NCBI RefSeq assembly: GCF_000008645.1
Contig: NC_000916.1
Span: 990,001-1,022,000 of the forward strand
Length of the DNA stretch: 32,000 bases
Origin: Methanothermobacter thermautotrophicus str. Delta H
Lineage (GTDB): Archaea; Methanobacteriota; Methanobacteria; Methanobacteriales; Methanothermobacteraceae
Direction: 5' to 3'
The notes under the pieces: generated by a model
What the model saw: only the letters and a program-made list of their open reading frames with translations
Databases searched by the model: none
Told to the model about the DNA's origin: nothing
In this document: positions 9,392-18,705 of the stretch, in pieces
How the letters are laid out: each line of letters opens with the position of its first letter
Position numbering within the stretch: position 1 is the stretch's first letter
Made by a program: the position numbers and the translations under genes

Positions 9392-9667
9392 TCAGAGAAT
9401 AACATCAAGTGGTGATTTCTCCAGGCCAAGAACATTGCGGTTCATGGCCCTCTCAGACCTGAAGGAGTATATGATAACAGAGTCCCGTTCACGATCGATA
9501 ATTCTCTCAAGGTTTGTTTCTATGCGCCTAAACTGGCTTTCAGTTACTTCTCCCTCAAATACGGAATTCTGGACCCAGTGAAGTTCTGTCCTTAGATATG
9601 ACTTCACCCGGTTAACCCTCTCAACCCCCACATCGTATACAATTAGAAGGTACACAGTTACCACCAC
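9392..9667 (-). CDS. cas2: Cas2
   Basis: 91 aa; VYLLIVYDVGVERVNRVKSYLRTELHWVQNSVFEGEVTESQ; directly downstream of cas1. Confidence 0.95.
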   Translation of the reverse strand: MVVTVYLLIVYDVGVERVNRVKSYLRTELHWVQNSVFEGEVTESQFRRIETNLERIIDRERDSVIIYSFRSERAMNRNVLGLEKSPLDVIL

Positions 9668-10662
9668 ATCACGAATGGTTCATAACTCTTCTGACCGATT
9701 AAATGTTTGATGAGCTTGTATGCCTCCAGCCTTATTAGACGTCTGTATGAAACTTTTCTCCCCAGTTCCCTGTGTTTAACTGTCTTCCCAAGACGTCTGT
9801 CATACTCTGCGAGAAATTTCCTTTTACCAGAATTGTTAAGGAGACAATGATTCATTCCATGCTCAAAATCTTCAGCCTTAATCGCTTTTTTCTTGATAAG
9901 GGAAATTATCATCCTGTCAATGAGGGTTGGTTTGAATATCTCACTTAGGTCCAGGGCGAGTGAATATCTCCTTTCAAAGGGTTCATGTAAATAGGAGATG
10001 GTTGGATTAAGCTGTGTATTGTAAAGTTCAGTTATTACTGTTGAGTAGAGGAGTGAGTTCCCAAAGCTTATCATGGCATTGGTCATATTTTCAGGGGGTC
10101 TGCGTGTCCTCTTACCTATCCTGAATCCTTCAGGAAGGATACTGTCAATTGCATTGTAGTAATCTGAACGTATCCTTCCCTCGACATTCATGACATCGGT
10201 TACTGAATTTGAGGAGTCCAGATCCATCAGTGTATCAGAAATCCCATTTTCGATGCCATAGTAACTCAGAACCCTCCTCATGTTAAGGGCGGCTCCCCTG
10301 ACAAATGACCTTGCAAGTTCAATTCTTTTATCATGGTCAATGACATGTTCGGCCTGTTTAATAATTACATCTCCAGATAGAAGCGTCTCGCGGGGGTAGA
10401 AACTGCCACTGTAGAAGCCATATCTGTTGAAAAAGTGGATGGGTATGCCTTCCTTTGATAGAAGATTCAGGGCCTGTGACGATATTGTCAGGGCGCCATA
10501 GGAGTATATCGAATAAATTTTGTTTATGGGTATTGGTCGCTTTAAATCCTTGTTGATGAAGTATAACGTGTTTTCATTCCTTTTAAGCAAGCCATCTGTT
10601 GTTATATAGTAGTTTTTTCTTGTCATGATCATCCCACACTGCTCAAGCCCAGCAGAGTTCAA
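9658..10662 (-). CDS. cas1: Cas1 integrase (start probably at an internal M, MIMTRKNYYI or MTRKNYYI)
   Basis: NYYITTDGLLKRNENTLYF, PIHFFNRYGFYSGSF, HEPFERRYSLALDLSEIFKP, FLAEYDRRLG. Confidence 0.96.
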   Translation of the reverse strand: MNSAGLEQCGMIMTRKNYYITTDGLLKRNENTLYFINKDLKRPIPINKIYSIYSYGALTISSQALNLLSKEGIPIHFFNRYGFYSGSFYPRETLLSGDVIIKQAEHVIDHDKRIELARSFVRGAALNMRRVLSYYGIENGISDTLMDLDSSNSVTDVMNVEGRIRSDYYNAIDSILPEGFRIGKRTRRPPENMTNAMISFGNSLLYSTVITELYNTQLNPTISYLHEPFERRYSLALDLSEIFKPTLIDRMIISLIKKKAIKAEDFEHGMNHCLLNNSGKRKFLAEYDRRLGKTVKHRELGRKVSYRRLIRLEAYKLIKHLIGQKSYEPFVMWW

Positions 10663-11170
10663 AGTAAGCGCAGCTTCTGCAGATGGGTTTTCTCTGGGGG
10701 GCTGGTGGAGGTCCCATTATTATCCTATCAATTTCATGGATCACTCTACGAAGTTCCTCTTCATCTTCAGCACTAAGTGAAACCTCGGTTCTCTTTTTAA
10801 GAGCTGGGTAGTCAATGAATCCCCTGATCTTTTCTATTCCCTTTTCATTTTTTAGGTAGAATAGATAATATAGAAGCTGGAACCTGTGGGCCTCCTCCAT
10901 GGTCATGCCCTTTTTAACCTCATGGACCTCCAGGTAACCTTTTCTTTTAACAAAATCAGCGGCTATAAGATCATCAATTATCAATTCCTTTTTCTCACGT
11001 GTATATGATTCCTCATGTAACAGTTTCCCCAGTTTAACGAGTTCAGACTCCCGTTCCATACTAATATGGTGGGAGAAGAACCATAGCTTGGTTTTGCAGA
11101 TGAAGTAATAGTTTATCTGCAATCCCCTGACTCTGAGGTTATCCTCTCCGATTATCAAGAAAACCGCCAT
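10643..11170 (-). CDS. cas4: Cas4 exonuclease
   Basis: VRGLQINYYFICKTKLWFFSHHI, HEVKKG, C-terminal CRSCAYFELCWA; adjacent to cas1 and cas3. Confidence 0.95.
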   Translation of the reverse strand: MAVFLIIGEDNLRVRGLQINYYFICKTKLWFFSHHISMERESELVKLGKLLHEESYTREKKELIIDDLIAADFVKRKGYLEVHEVKKGMTMEEAHRFQLLYYLFYLKNEKGIEKIRGFIDYPALKKRTEVSLSAEDEEELRRVIHEIDRIIMGPPPAPQRKPICRSCAYFELCWA

Positions 11171-11171
11171 C

Positions 11172-13664
11172 TCACACTATGAGTGATGATTCTGTTTCCC
11201 CGAAAATGCTGTCAAGTCCAAGTTCTTCTAGGAGCTCCACATCATCATCTTCCATAGATCCCCATACATAGAAACCCTTGAATTCGCCTGTCGTCCTGCT
11301 CCAGAAATCACTTTTCTCCTCGTAGAATACCGGCACATTGACTGAGTATTCATAGAGAACCTTCTTGAGGTCCCACATTGTTGTTTTCTCTCCAGTTATT
11401 CTCTCTATTTCTCCAAGTATATCCTTCCAAAGCCTGTAATCGCCCTTTATCAGTTCAGCGAAGGTTCTTTCAATTTCGGATTCTGAGTAGCGGAGGACCG
11501 CATCTGGAATGAAGACCTTGTAACCTGCCATGTTACGAAACAACCTCTGTGCCTGGGTTCTCTTTTCCACTGTAAAGTAATCAAGGTCAGATATTGTTTC
11601 TCTGATCTGGTTCTCATAAATCTCCTTGAGTGTCGATCCGTCAATTTCCTCCTGGAAGACCTCCTCTATCATGGACCTTTCAAGGTTATAGTCAAGAATC
11701 TGTCCATCATACCTTTCAAGAATTGCTCTAGTCGCATCCAGGACCTTTTTATCATATATGAGGGATGTTCTTCTATCTGAATCTGTGAAGATTATTATAT
11801 TGGGATCTCCTGAATCGTAGTCAGCATCACGGTTACGGTGTATCCTTCCCCATCTCTGAATCTGACTGTCTATTGTTGAAATCTCTGTAATCATGAGATC
11901 AAAGTCAATGTCAACTGATGCCTCAATTATCTGTGTTGATATAACAGTTAAGCCCCTTTCATCTTGACTCCTTTTTTTTACCTCCCCTATCCTCTGGGAC
12001 TTCACCTTCTCAAGCAACCTTGAGTGGAGTAGATAAACATCAGGATCGTCCTGATATTCCCTGTAAAGTTCAATTGCCTTCTGAACATTATTGACAACTA
12101 TCAGAACGTTTTTTTCGGAATTTTCATCAAGTATTTTACCGAGTTTATCTGAAACTTCAAGTTCATCATTAAACAGAGGTTCCTCTATAAGCTGAGGGAC
12201 ATGCCTTTTTAAGTTGAGGTTTTTTATGTCATGTGCACCTGGAATGGCTGCGACATCCATCACCTCAAAGTTCATTGCATCAAGAAAGCTCCTGAAGTAG
12301 GGTGGAAGTGTGGCTGTCATTACAAGTATATTCCCATCAACCTCGTTGACCAGCTCGAGGGTTTTGATTATCACAGCAGCCATTTCCTCATTGTAGGTCT
12401 GTATTTCATCCAGAATCATCGAAGCGAAGGGATAAACAGATATAACCTTATCAGAACCGAAGTAATTGAGTGATGTTATTAGAACCTGGTCAGGTGTTGT
12501 CAGAAGCGCCGGTGACGCCATTAACCTTGCAGAGGTCATCATGGAATCAAGATCCGTCCCCCTGCCAAGTCTTTCCTCCTTCAGGTATTCTATGAATGCA
12601 GTTGAATGTAGTATATCGATTTCATCCTCACTGAAATATCCATCAGAGTCCCGGAGTCTCATGAAGATATCGTTGAGGGCGACCCTGAGTGGCAGTGTAT
12701 AGATGAATTTTCTTCCATGCTTCGCCGCCCATAAAATAGAGAACTCTGTTTTTCCAGAGCCCGTTGGTGCGACAAGAACCATCTTTTTAGGGCCGCCAAG
12801 CTCCCCCATCAACCTTATCTGCCATGGTGCCCCACCTATCTTTGAGGTTATTTTCTCATCAATATCCCTGAAAACCTCTTCACTGAATAGTTCAATGTCA
12901 ACGCCTGCACTGGCAGAATAATCAGCCCTTCGGAGGATCCCTGAGAGAATTAAAATGTCAGCTGATCTCTCTTCAGGTTCATAGAAGGCTGCAAACTCGG
13001 ATATGTCATCATCATATTCCTTTATCTTCTCTAGGAGAAGCTCTGGCTTTTCGAAGTCCATGTTTGATCTTATTTCATCAGCTGCGGAAATCACAAGATC
13101 TGATTCCAGGGAATTCTGAATATAATTGAGTATGTCCTCAATGAAAATTCTCAGAGTCTCTTTTTTCTCAATTATGAAGTTCAGGTAGATTTCAAATGCG
13201 TCCCTGTAGGTGAAGATGATCTCCATGAGGTCCTTATCATTCAAGAAGTATTCATTGTAATGGTGGAGGAGTATTGCTGTCCTCATCATTGCATCAAGGT
13301 CATCGTTGCCGAGAAGGAATGTGCTCCATATTATGGAAAGTATCTCATGCCGGGGGGACCTTTTAAGGGGTTTAAGTGGTGAGAGGAATTCTTCAAGGAC
13401 TTCCCATGCTTCTGAATCATCACCCATGAGTTTTTTCTGGAAGTTATAGTCAATCTTTCCCAGGTCATGTATTATGGAGGCCATGGCCAATGCTCTGAAT
13501 GTCTTCTCTCCAATTTTATAGGAAAATTTTTCCCTGTTTGTTTGATAGAAATTATGGAAATCATCTATGCGCGCCACTGTTTCTTTTAAATGGTCCTTTA
13601 AAAGATAGTTTCGCTGATCATTGGATTTAGCCCGTATTATATCGATTAATTCCATCATAGCCAC
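11172..13664 (-). CDS. cas3: Cas3, HD nuclease-helicase
   Basis: ASIIHDLGKIDYNFQ (HD), LVAPTGSGKTEFSILWAAK (Walker A), MILDEIQTY (motif II), QIIEASVDIDFDLMITE and IQRWGRIHR (motif VI). Confidence 0.97.
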   Translation of the reverse strand: MAMMELIDIIRAKSNDQRNYLLKDHLKETVARIDDFHNFYQTNREKFSYKIGEKTFRALAMASIIHDLGKIDYNFQKKLMGDDSEAWEVLEEFLSPLKPLKRSPRHEILSIIWSTFLLGNDDLDAMMRTAILLHHYNEYFLNDKDLMEIIFTYRDAFEIYLNFIIEKKETLRIFIEDILNYIQNSLESDLVISAADEIRSNMDFEKPELLLEKIKEYDDDISEFAAFYEPEERSADILILSGILRRADYSASAGVDIELFSEEVFRDIDEKITSKIGGAPWQIRLMGELGGPKKMVLVAPTGSGKTEFSILWAAKHGRKFIYTLPLRVALNDIFMRLRDSDGYFSEDEIDILHSTAFIEYLKEERLGRGTDLDSMMTSARLMASPALLTTPDQVLITSLNYFGSDKVISVYPFASMILDEIQTYNEEMAAVIIKTLELVNEVDGNILVMTATLPPYFRSFLDAMNFEVMDVAAIPGAHDIKNLNLKRHVPQLIEEPLFNDELEVSDKLGKILDENSEKNVLIVVNNVQKAIELYREYQDDPDVYLLHSRLLEKVKSQRIGEVKKRSQDERGLTVISTQIIEASVDIDFDLMITEISTIDSQIQRWGRIHRNRDADYDSGDPNIIIFTDSDRRTSLIYDKKVLDATRAILERYDGQILDYNLERSMIEEVFQEEIDGSTLKEIYENQIRETISDLDYFTVEKRTQAQRLFRNMAGYKVFIPDAVLRYSESEIERTFAELIKGDYRLWKDILGEIERITGEKTTMWDLKKVLYEYSVNVPVFYEEKSDFWSRTTGEFKGFYVWGSMEDDDVELLEELGLDSIFGETESSLIV

Positions 13665-14464
13665 CCGAAATCTGCAGGTATTTTAAAAGTGGATCCATCT
13701 TCAAGTTTGTAAATCTCAGTCCTCACGGTGTCATTGAGGAATATGACCTGGTTCATGCCTGTGTATATAACAGTTTGAAATGTGGGAATCCTCTCGGTTG
13801 ATTCGCCGATTTCCGCCTTGTTTGAGATTATACTTTCGCCATTTCTAAATATGACGCGCTCCGGGATTGAATAAACCGGAAATCTCTCATTTCTTATGGG
13901 GAAATGTGTTTTACCGTTACTGAGTTTTATGTATGTGGGGTATGTCATCCAGAGGTTCTTTTTAACCTCCCTTTCAATTACCTCAAAATCCCTGTGAATC
14001 CCTCTTATGAATATTATGTCCTCTGACCTCCCTAGGGATAGTGGCTTCGTGGGTTTGCGCAGTGAATCACATACCTCCTCAATTATGTCATCATCCCCTC
14101 TCAGGAAGATGTAGTAGTGACCGTTGAAGAGTTCCTGCTGATAGGAAGGACTCCGCTGGGACTTCTTGTTTACACTGTAAAGAGGGTAGCCCTTGTTCCA
14201 GAGTTTTAATTTATTATGGTGATACTTCAGGGCGATATCCCCCACTATAAAACTCTGGTAGTTCCAGAAGGTGCTCTCAAAGAGTCCATGTATGCTCACA
14301 CTGATTTCGCTGATATCCTGGTCATAGTATCTTCCAGTGGCGTTCTGCAGCATTCCGGTCACAGTTGATTTGGGGCTGAGGGGATATGTCTGCGCGTAAT
14401 CAAATGTGAAGGGGTTTCTGAACTGGGCAAATGGCTGGAATATCTCCACTGCAAGGGTTTCCAT
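13655..14464 (-). CDS. cas5: Cas5 (type I-B)
   Basis: METLAVEIFQPFAQFRNPFTFDYAQTYPLSPKSTVTGMLQNATG; between cas7 and cas3. Confidence 0.9.
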   Translation of the reverse strand: METLAVEIFQPFAQFRNPFTFDYAQTYPLSPKSTVTGMLQNATGRYYDQDISEISVSIHGLFESTFWNYQSFIVGDIALKYHHNKLKLWNKGYPLYSVNKKSQRSPSYQQELFNGHYYIFLRGDDDIIEEVCDSLRKPTKPLSLGRSEDIIFIRGIHRDFEVIEREVKKNLWMTYPTYIKLSNGKTHFPIRNERFPVYSIPERVIFRNGESIISNKAEIGESTERIPTFQTVIYTGMNQVIFLNDTVRTEIYKLEDGSTFKIPADFGWL

Positions 14465-14465
14465 C

Positions 14466-15641
14466 CTAATCCCCTGAACCTTTCCGTAACTCTACAGAAG
14501 GGTCTGTGAAAACAGCCACTCTAGATAACTCTCCGTCGTCAAATATCCCTTCGACGAACTCTTCCACCTTATCAACGTCTAAACTTTCAGCTTCAAGGCC
14601 TTCCACTTCAAAAACAGGTTTTCTCTGTTTGCTTGTGACGTGCCTGACTTTAAGTATGCGTCCATTATCGGTTTCCTGTTCCTCTATCTCATCATATTCT
14701 TCCTCAGTGTATTCATCAAGGAGAACAATTCTGTCCTTGAAGGTCATGTATGGTGAATCCCTGTAGAGTCCCATTACCATGATTTTAGGTGAGAGGTCCT
14801 CGTCCCTAGCCTTTATGGATCGTTTAAGGTTCATAACTGTCTTTATAAGGTTCATTATGCGTTTCTTTATCTTTTCATCATCCTTGAGACGGTAACGTAT
14901 CCTGTAAACCTTATCTATCTTTTCAAAGTCGCATAATTCAACATTTTCTGACTGTAATATCTCTTTCTTGTTCTTTCCCTTCTTCAGCTTAATAAGAAGC
15001 CCGTCGCCCTTCAGGCTGGATACCTTCTCAATAGATTCAAGCTTGTATTTACCATCTGCAAGAGTAACGTCACTTTTCTCAGAGATGTAAACCTCAATTT
15101 CGCCGATGCTGTCAACATCCACAACTATGGAATACTGATAGAAGGTCTGATGCTCCTCAGCTGTGAAGGGGTTTGGCTTCATCTCACCGTGACGTTTGCG
15201 CATACGATTCGCGAGACCTATGTTGGCATTGAAGTGGGCGTCATACATGAATGGTGTCATTGAAACTGCATGCCCCACCTTAACTGGGGCCGTTCTGAAA
15301 TTCTGGGGTTTTGTCTCAGTTATCAGGTAACCAAAGAGGTCGAACTCAGGGTACTCGAGTATATCTCCTGTAAGGAGGAACTCAGTGGCTGGCTGTATCA
15401 CTGTACTGTCGCCTTTACCTGATTTAACAAGGTTGTCTGCCTCAGCAAGTTCAAAGAGTCCAAACTTATCTGCAGTGTCCAGCATGCTGTACCTGAGAGC
15501 GTACCTACTCACAAGGGTGTATTGGCGACCATCCCACTTTGTTATCTTCTTGAGTTCCTGATAGTTTCCACTTCCCTGGTCATAGTTCAGGGAGTTTCCA
15601 TAGAACACGAGGTCCATTACAATGTACCTTGACATTTTCAT
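14466..15641 (-). CDS. cas7: Cas7 (Cst2/DevR-type backbone)
   Basis: 391 aa; ALRYSMLDTADKFGLF, FDLFGYLITE, APVKVGHAVSMTPFMYDAHFNANIGLANRM; type I gene order. Confidence 0.92.
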   Translation of the reverse strand: MKMSRYIVMDLVFYGNSLNYDQGSGNYQELKKITKWDGRQYTLVSRYALRYSMLDTADKFGLFELAEADNLVKSGKGDSTVIQPATEFLLTGDILEYPEFDLFGYLITETKPQNFRTAPVKVGHAVSMTPFMYDAHFNANIGLANRMRKRHGEMKPNPFTAEEHQTFYQYSIVVDVDSIGEIEVYISEKSDVTLADGKYKLESIEKVSSLKGDGLLIKLKKGKNKKEILQSENVELCDFEKIDKVYRIRYRLKDDEKIKKRIMNLIKTVMNLKRSIKARDEDLSPKIMVMGLYRDSPYMTFKDRIVLLDEYTEEEYDEIEEQETDNGRILKVRHVTSKQRKPVFEVEGLEAESLDVDKVEEFVEGIFDDGELSRVAVFTDPSVELRKGSGD

Positions 15642-15955
15642 TCACCTTCTCCTGCTGCCATTATTCCGATGATTATTGAGTAAGCGACCTTCTCAAAATT
15701 TTCAGGGCTGAGAGGGTAGACCCATTCAAGCTTTCTGCACAGTTTCCTGACGTTTTCATCCCCCTTCCTGGAGTTGAGGGTTCTGAGCAGAAACGAAAAG
15801 AAATCTGACTGGTTATTAACCCTCGCTGTGTTGAGCAGTTTATAAACAAGCCTCTGTCTGTAGTTCTCAGACCCGATACTTTCAAATGCAGACCTGGAAT
15901 ACCTCTTTATCTGCCAGTAGTCCCTCTCAGAGAGGAGTTTCATTTTCTTATACAT
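15638..15955 (-). CDS. Small basic protein translationally coupled to the cas8-like gene; candidate stand-alone Cas11-type small subunit (start corrected to MYKKMKLLSERDYW)
   Basis: 105 codons of product. ATG at 15955-15953 overlaps the TAA stop (15957-15955) of the upstream gene as TAATG, and its own end overlaps the cas7 start. Confidence 0.7.
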   Translation of the reverse strand: MYKKMKLLSERDYWQIKRYSRSAFESIGSENYRQRLVYKLLNTARVNNQSDFFSFLLRTLNSRKGDENVRKLCRKLEWVYPLSPENFEKVAYSIIIGIMAAGEGE

Positions 15956-17751
15956 TATCTGCCTCCTAAAAATCCAGTTAGAAGTGCCGCTGCGTAAATA
16001 TCCCATGTATCATCATTCTGAAGGATCCTGTTAAATAGATAATTTTTGAGGCTGTGAAATGCCGCATTCTCCTGAATAAGAATCTTCAAGAGGTTGTTAA
16101 CGAAGAGGTACCTGTTGTTCCTCCTAAGGATTGATATTAGCTGATTTATGTTGTTCTCTCTGGTTCCTGGTGGTATGAGCTCCTGAATGTTTCTCCTTGC
16201 AGTATTCATTTCCCTGTAGGTCTCCTTTATCCTTAAAACGATTTCATCCATTCTGGCTGAAATTTGAAGTGGATCATTGAAGACCTCCGGTTCTTTACGG
16301 GAGAATATCTCAGAATCAATTGCAAGTGAATAAAGGAGGGGCTTGATTCCCATCTGCCCCGTCTTTCTGTTGGCCCTTAGTATGATATGCCTCATTATCA
16401 GTGGCTTTAGGGGCTTGTTCTGAATCAGGTTTTCAAGCAGCCATCTGTACTCAGACTGGCTAACATGTAGATTGTAGTTGATTGCATCCCTTATGACATC
16501 GTCAAGGAGTATTGACGCATGGATCTTTGAGATTCCTATGTACTCAACATCGACAAATCTCTGGGTCTGACTGTTAACATCCCGGTACTTTATGATATAC
16601 ATGTTCTCAAGGGCCCACGAAGATTTGAGTTCAATGAGTGAATCTATTATCTCCTGCCAGGTAACCCTCATAAGCACACTGTTTTCCTCTATCTTCGACT
16701 TTCTGAGTCTTAATTTCTTATTGACCCGGTATGTAATTTCAATGTCATTGGAGTAGAAGAGAACATAGCCTAATCTGTTAAAAAATTCAAAGGCCCTGTC
16801 AAATGATATTAGGTATACAAAGAGGTATTTGCTGAAACCTTTGAGGTGCTTGCTTGTTAGGGGCGTATAGTATGTATTCTTTGCCTTTTTGTAGGATGTT
16901 AAGAACTTGTTGATTGTTTTATCAACCCTTCTAAGCACATCCAGGTCATCAACTCTGAAGCTTATGATATCAAAGAGGCCCTGTTTCTGTTTCTGATGGG
17001 TCGTGGATTGCTGGAAGAATACAAAATTCTTATAGAACTTGTTATCAATGGGGATTCTGTAGAAAGAATCAAGATCCTCCGGGATGCTGCTGGTACCGAT
17101 GACATCCCGCAGCCACATGCCTTTAAGTAGCTCCCTGAACCTCAACAGATGATCCTTGTAGTCTCTGAATGACTCTGAAAATTCTTCAGAAATTTCCCTG
17201 AGATTCTCATCGGGTACTGAAAATATCCTGTCAATGTCATCAAACTTGAAGCCTTTGAATTTACGTTTAAAAATCTCTCCCAGTTCCTCTGAATTATTAT
17301 CAATTAAATTTTTCTCGAGTTCCTTTACCTTCAGCGCAAGATTCTTCACATCGTCTGGTAATTTATCAGGAACTTTCTTCTTGAATATTGTTGATTCTGT
17401 CTTATTTTCAATCCAGAGGTCCATAGCTGCCCTTGTGATGTAACTGTTCCATGTGAACTCAAATATTTCATCTGGTGAATCAAATTCAGAATCGAAAAGT
17501 GCTTTTATGAATTCATTTATCAGTTCGCTGGAAACCCTTGATTTGGACTTTCTGTTTATCTCGCTGCACAGGTATGCGAAGGGGAAAAGTCCATAGTAGA
17601 GTAGTTTCTCATTTTCTGAAATTTCACGAATTTTATGGATATCAAATCCATAAATGTCCTCGATTATAAATATGAATCCAAGAATACCTGAATCAACGAA
17701 CCAGTTCCCTGTGAATTCAAGGCCTGAAGTGCGTCTGAATTCGTAGATCAT
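15955..17751 (-). CDS. Type I large subunit, Cst1/Cas8-like
   Basis: 598 aa; GLEFTGNWFVDSGILGF near the N-terminus resembles the Cst1 (T)GNPFVDxG signature; located between cas6 and cas7. Confidence 0.82.
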   Translation of the reverse strand: MIYEFRRTSGLEFTGNWFVDSGILGFIFIIEDIYGFDIHKIREISENEKLLYYGLFPFAYLCSEINRKSKSRVSSELINEFIKALFDSEFDSPDEIFEFTWNSYITRAAMDLWIENKTESTIFKKKVPDKLPDDVKNLALKVKELEKNLIDNNSEELGEIFKRKFKGFKFDDIDRIFSVPDENLREISEEFSESFRDYKDHLLRFRELLKGMWLRDVIGTSSIPEDLDSFYRIPIDNKFYKNFVFFQQSTTHQKQKQGLFDIISFRVDDLDVLRRVDKTINKFLTSYKKAKNTYYTPLTSKHLKGFSKYLFVYLISFDRAFEFFNRLGYVLFYSNDIEITYRVNKKLRLRKSKIEENSVLMRVTWQEIIDSLIELKSSWALENMYIIKYRDVNSQTQRFVDVEYIGISKIHASILLDDVIRDAINYNLHVSQSEYRWLLENLIQNKPLKPLIMRHIILRANRKTGQMGIKPLLYSLAIDSEIFSRKEPEVFNDPLQISARMDEIVLRIKETYREMNTARRNIQELIPPGTRENNINQLISILRRNNRYLFVNNLLKILIQENAAFHSLKNYLFNRILQNDDTWDIYAAALLTGFLGGR

Positions 17752-18485
17752 GATGTAACCACCATACCAAAACCCATACTGTTCTTTTCACCAAAGCCAC
17801 AGTCATATCCAAACTCTATTAAACGGGGATCCCCCTCTACCCTGAACTTCATGTGATAGGCCCTGTGGTATGTCTCAGCGCCCTCCTTGGGTATCATTAT
17901 CCTTTTCCTCTTTATTGAGCGCTGATAGGGTACCAGTCTGAGGTACTCGTCGCCATCATAGTCACCATAAAACTCCCGGTACTTCCTCACAAGGTTATTC
18001 TGCAGGTTCTCATAGAATTTGAGGTCATTGGGGTTAACGTCCCACTGCTTCAGGACCCCATCCTCCTCCCTAACAGTCTTTATTATTATCGGGGAGAGTG
18101 TCCTGAACTTCATGTTTCTCCTGAATTCAGGTGGCTCCAGGAACTCCACGTACTCGACGTTTACACTTCTCCTTAGAAAATCAATCTCTGGCCTGTCGAT
18201 GAATCCCTCCACCAGGCTCTTGATCAGTTCCGTGTTTGGTGATGATATGAAGAAGTGGAATCTGCCGTCCTCTGAGAGAAGAAAGTTCTTGAAGGCCTTC
18301 CTGCGGGGTATGCTGATCTGTGAGAAGGTGAAAAACTTGAATCCATCTGCACCATGCAGCTGACTTGCAAGTTCCAGGTCAGCTATCCTGCGGTATATTA
18401 TCGCGGACAGTACATGGTTGTAGTTGTACTGAATCTTGAATGGCCTAATGTCTGATTTCAGCTCTATCTTGATTCTTAATTCAAT
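17748..18485 (-). CDS. cas6: Cas6 pre-crRNA endoribonuclease, full reading frame (the ORF track shows only the part from 18212)
   Basis: Hand translation upstream of 18212 gives (M)ELRIKIELKSDIRPFKIQYNYNHVLSAIIYRRIADLELASQLHGADGFKFFTFSQISIPRRKAFKNFLLSEDGRFHFFISSPNTELIKSL, joining MEGFIDRPE. C-terminus YDCGFGEKNSMGFGMV is the Cas6 glycine-rich motif. The exact start codon is uncertain. Confidence 0.88.
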   Translation of the reverse strand: MELRIKIELKSDIRPFKIQYNYNHVLSAIIYRRIADLELASQLHGADGFKFFTFSQISIPRRKAFKNFLLSEDGRFHFFISSPNTELIKSLVEGFIDRPEIDFLRRSVNVEYVEFLEPPEFRRNMKFRTLSPIIIKTVREEDGVLKQWDVNPNDLKFYENLQNNLVRKYREFYGDYDGDEYLRLVPYQRSIKRKRIMIPKEGAETYHRAYHMKFRVEGDPRLIEFGYDCGFGEKNSMGFGMVVTS

Positions 18486-18494
18486 ACCCCCTAC

Positions 18495-18538
18495 ATAATG
18501 TCAATGACTAATGTTGACATTATTGTATATAAATTTAT
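18495..18538 (-). promoter_or_regulatory. Candidate TATA box (minus strand ATAAATTTATATAC, 18525-18538) plus a perfect palindromic operator-like site (18495-18523) for the type I-B cas operon
   Basis: ATAATGTCAA-TGACTAATG-TTGACATTAT: 10-bp perfect arms with a 9-nt spacer, lying about 25 nt downstream of the TATA-like element. Confidence 0.65.
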
Positions 18539-18705
18539 CTATTTTTGTTTAGCTAATAATATCTCACAGATAACTCAATTCCCGCATTATTTTAAAAATG
18601 TGCTAAACCCTTCAACCTTAAAAAGAATAATATAATATTATCCTGGGAATTTGATGGCCTCTTTATGCGCAGCCCCTCTGTCTCCCCCTAAATGACCTCC
18701 TGGAT

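Noticed and set aside
12410-12440. Cas3 motif II reads DEIQ rather than DExH
   Set aside because: I recall similar DEIQ forms in other Cas3 helicases of this group, and all the other motifs are intact, so I do not regard it as an inactivating change.
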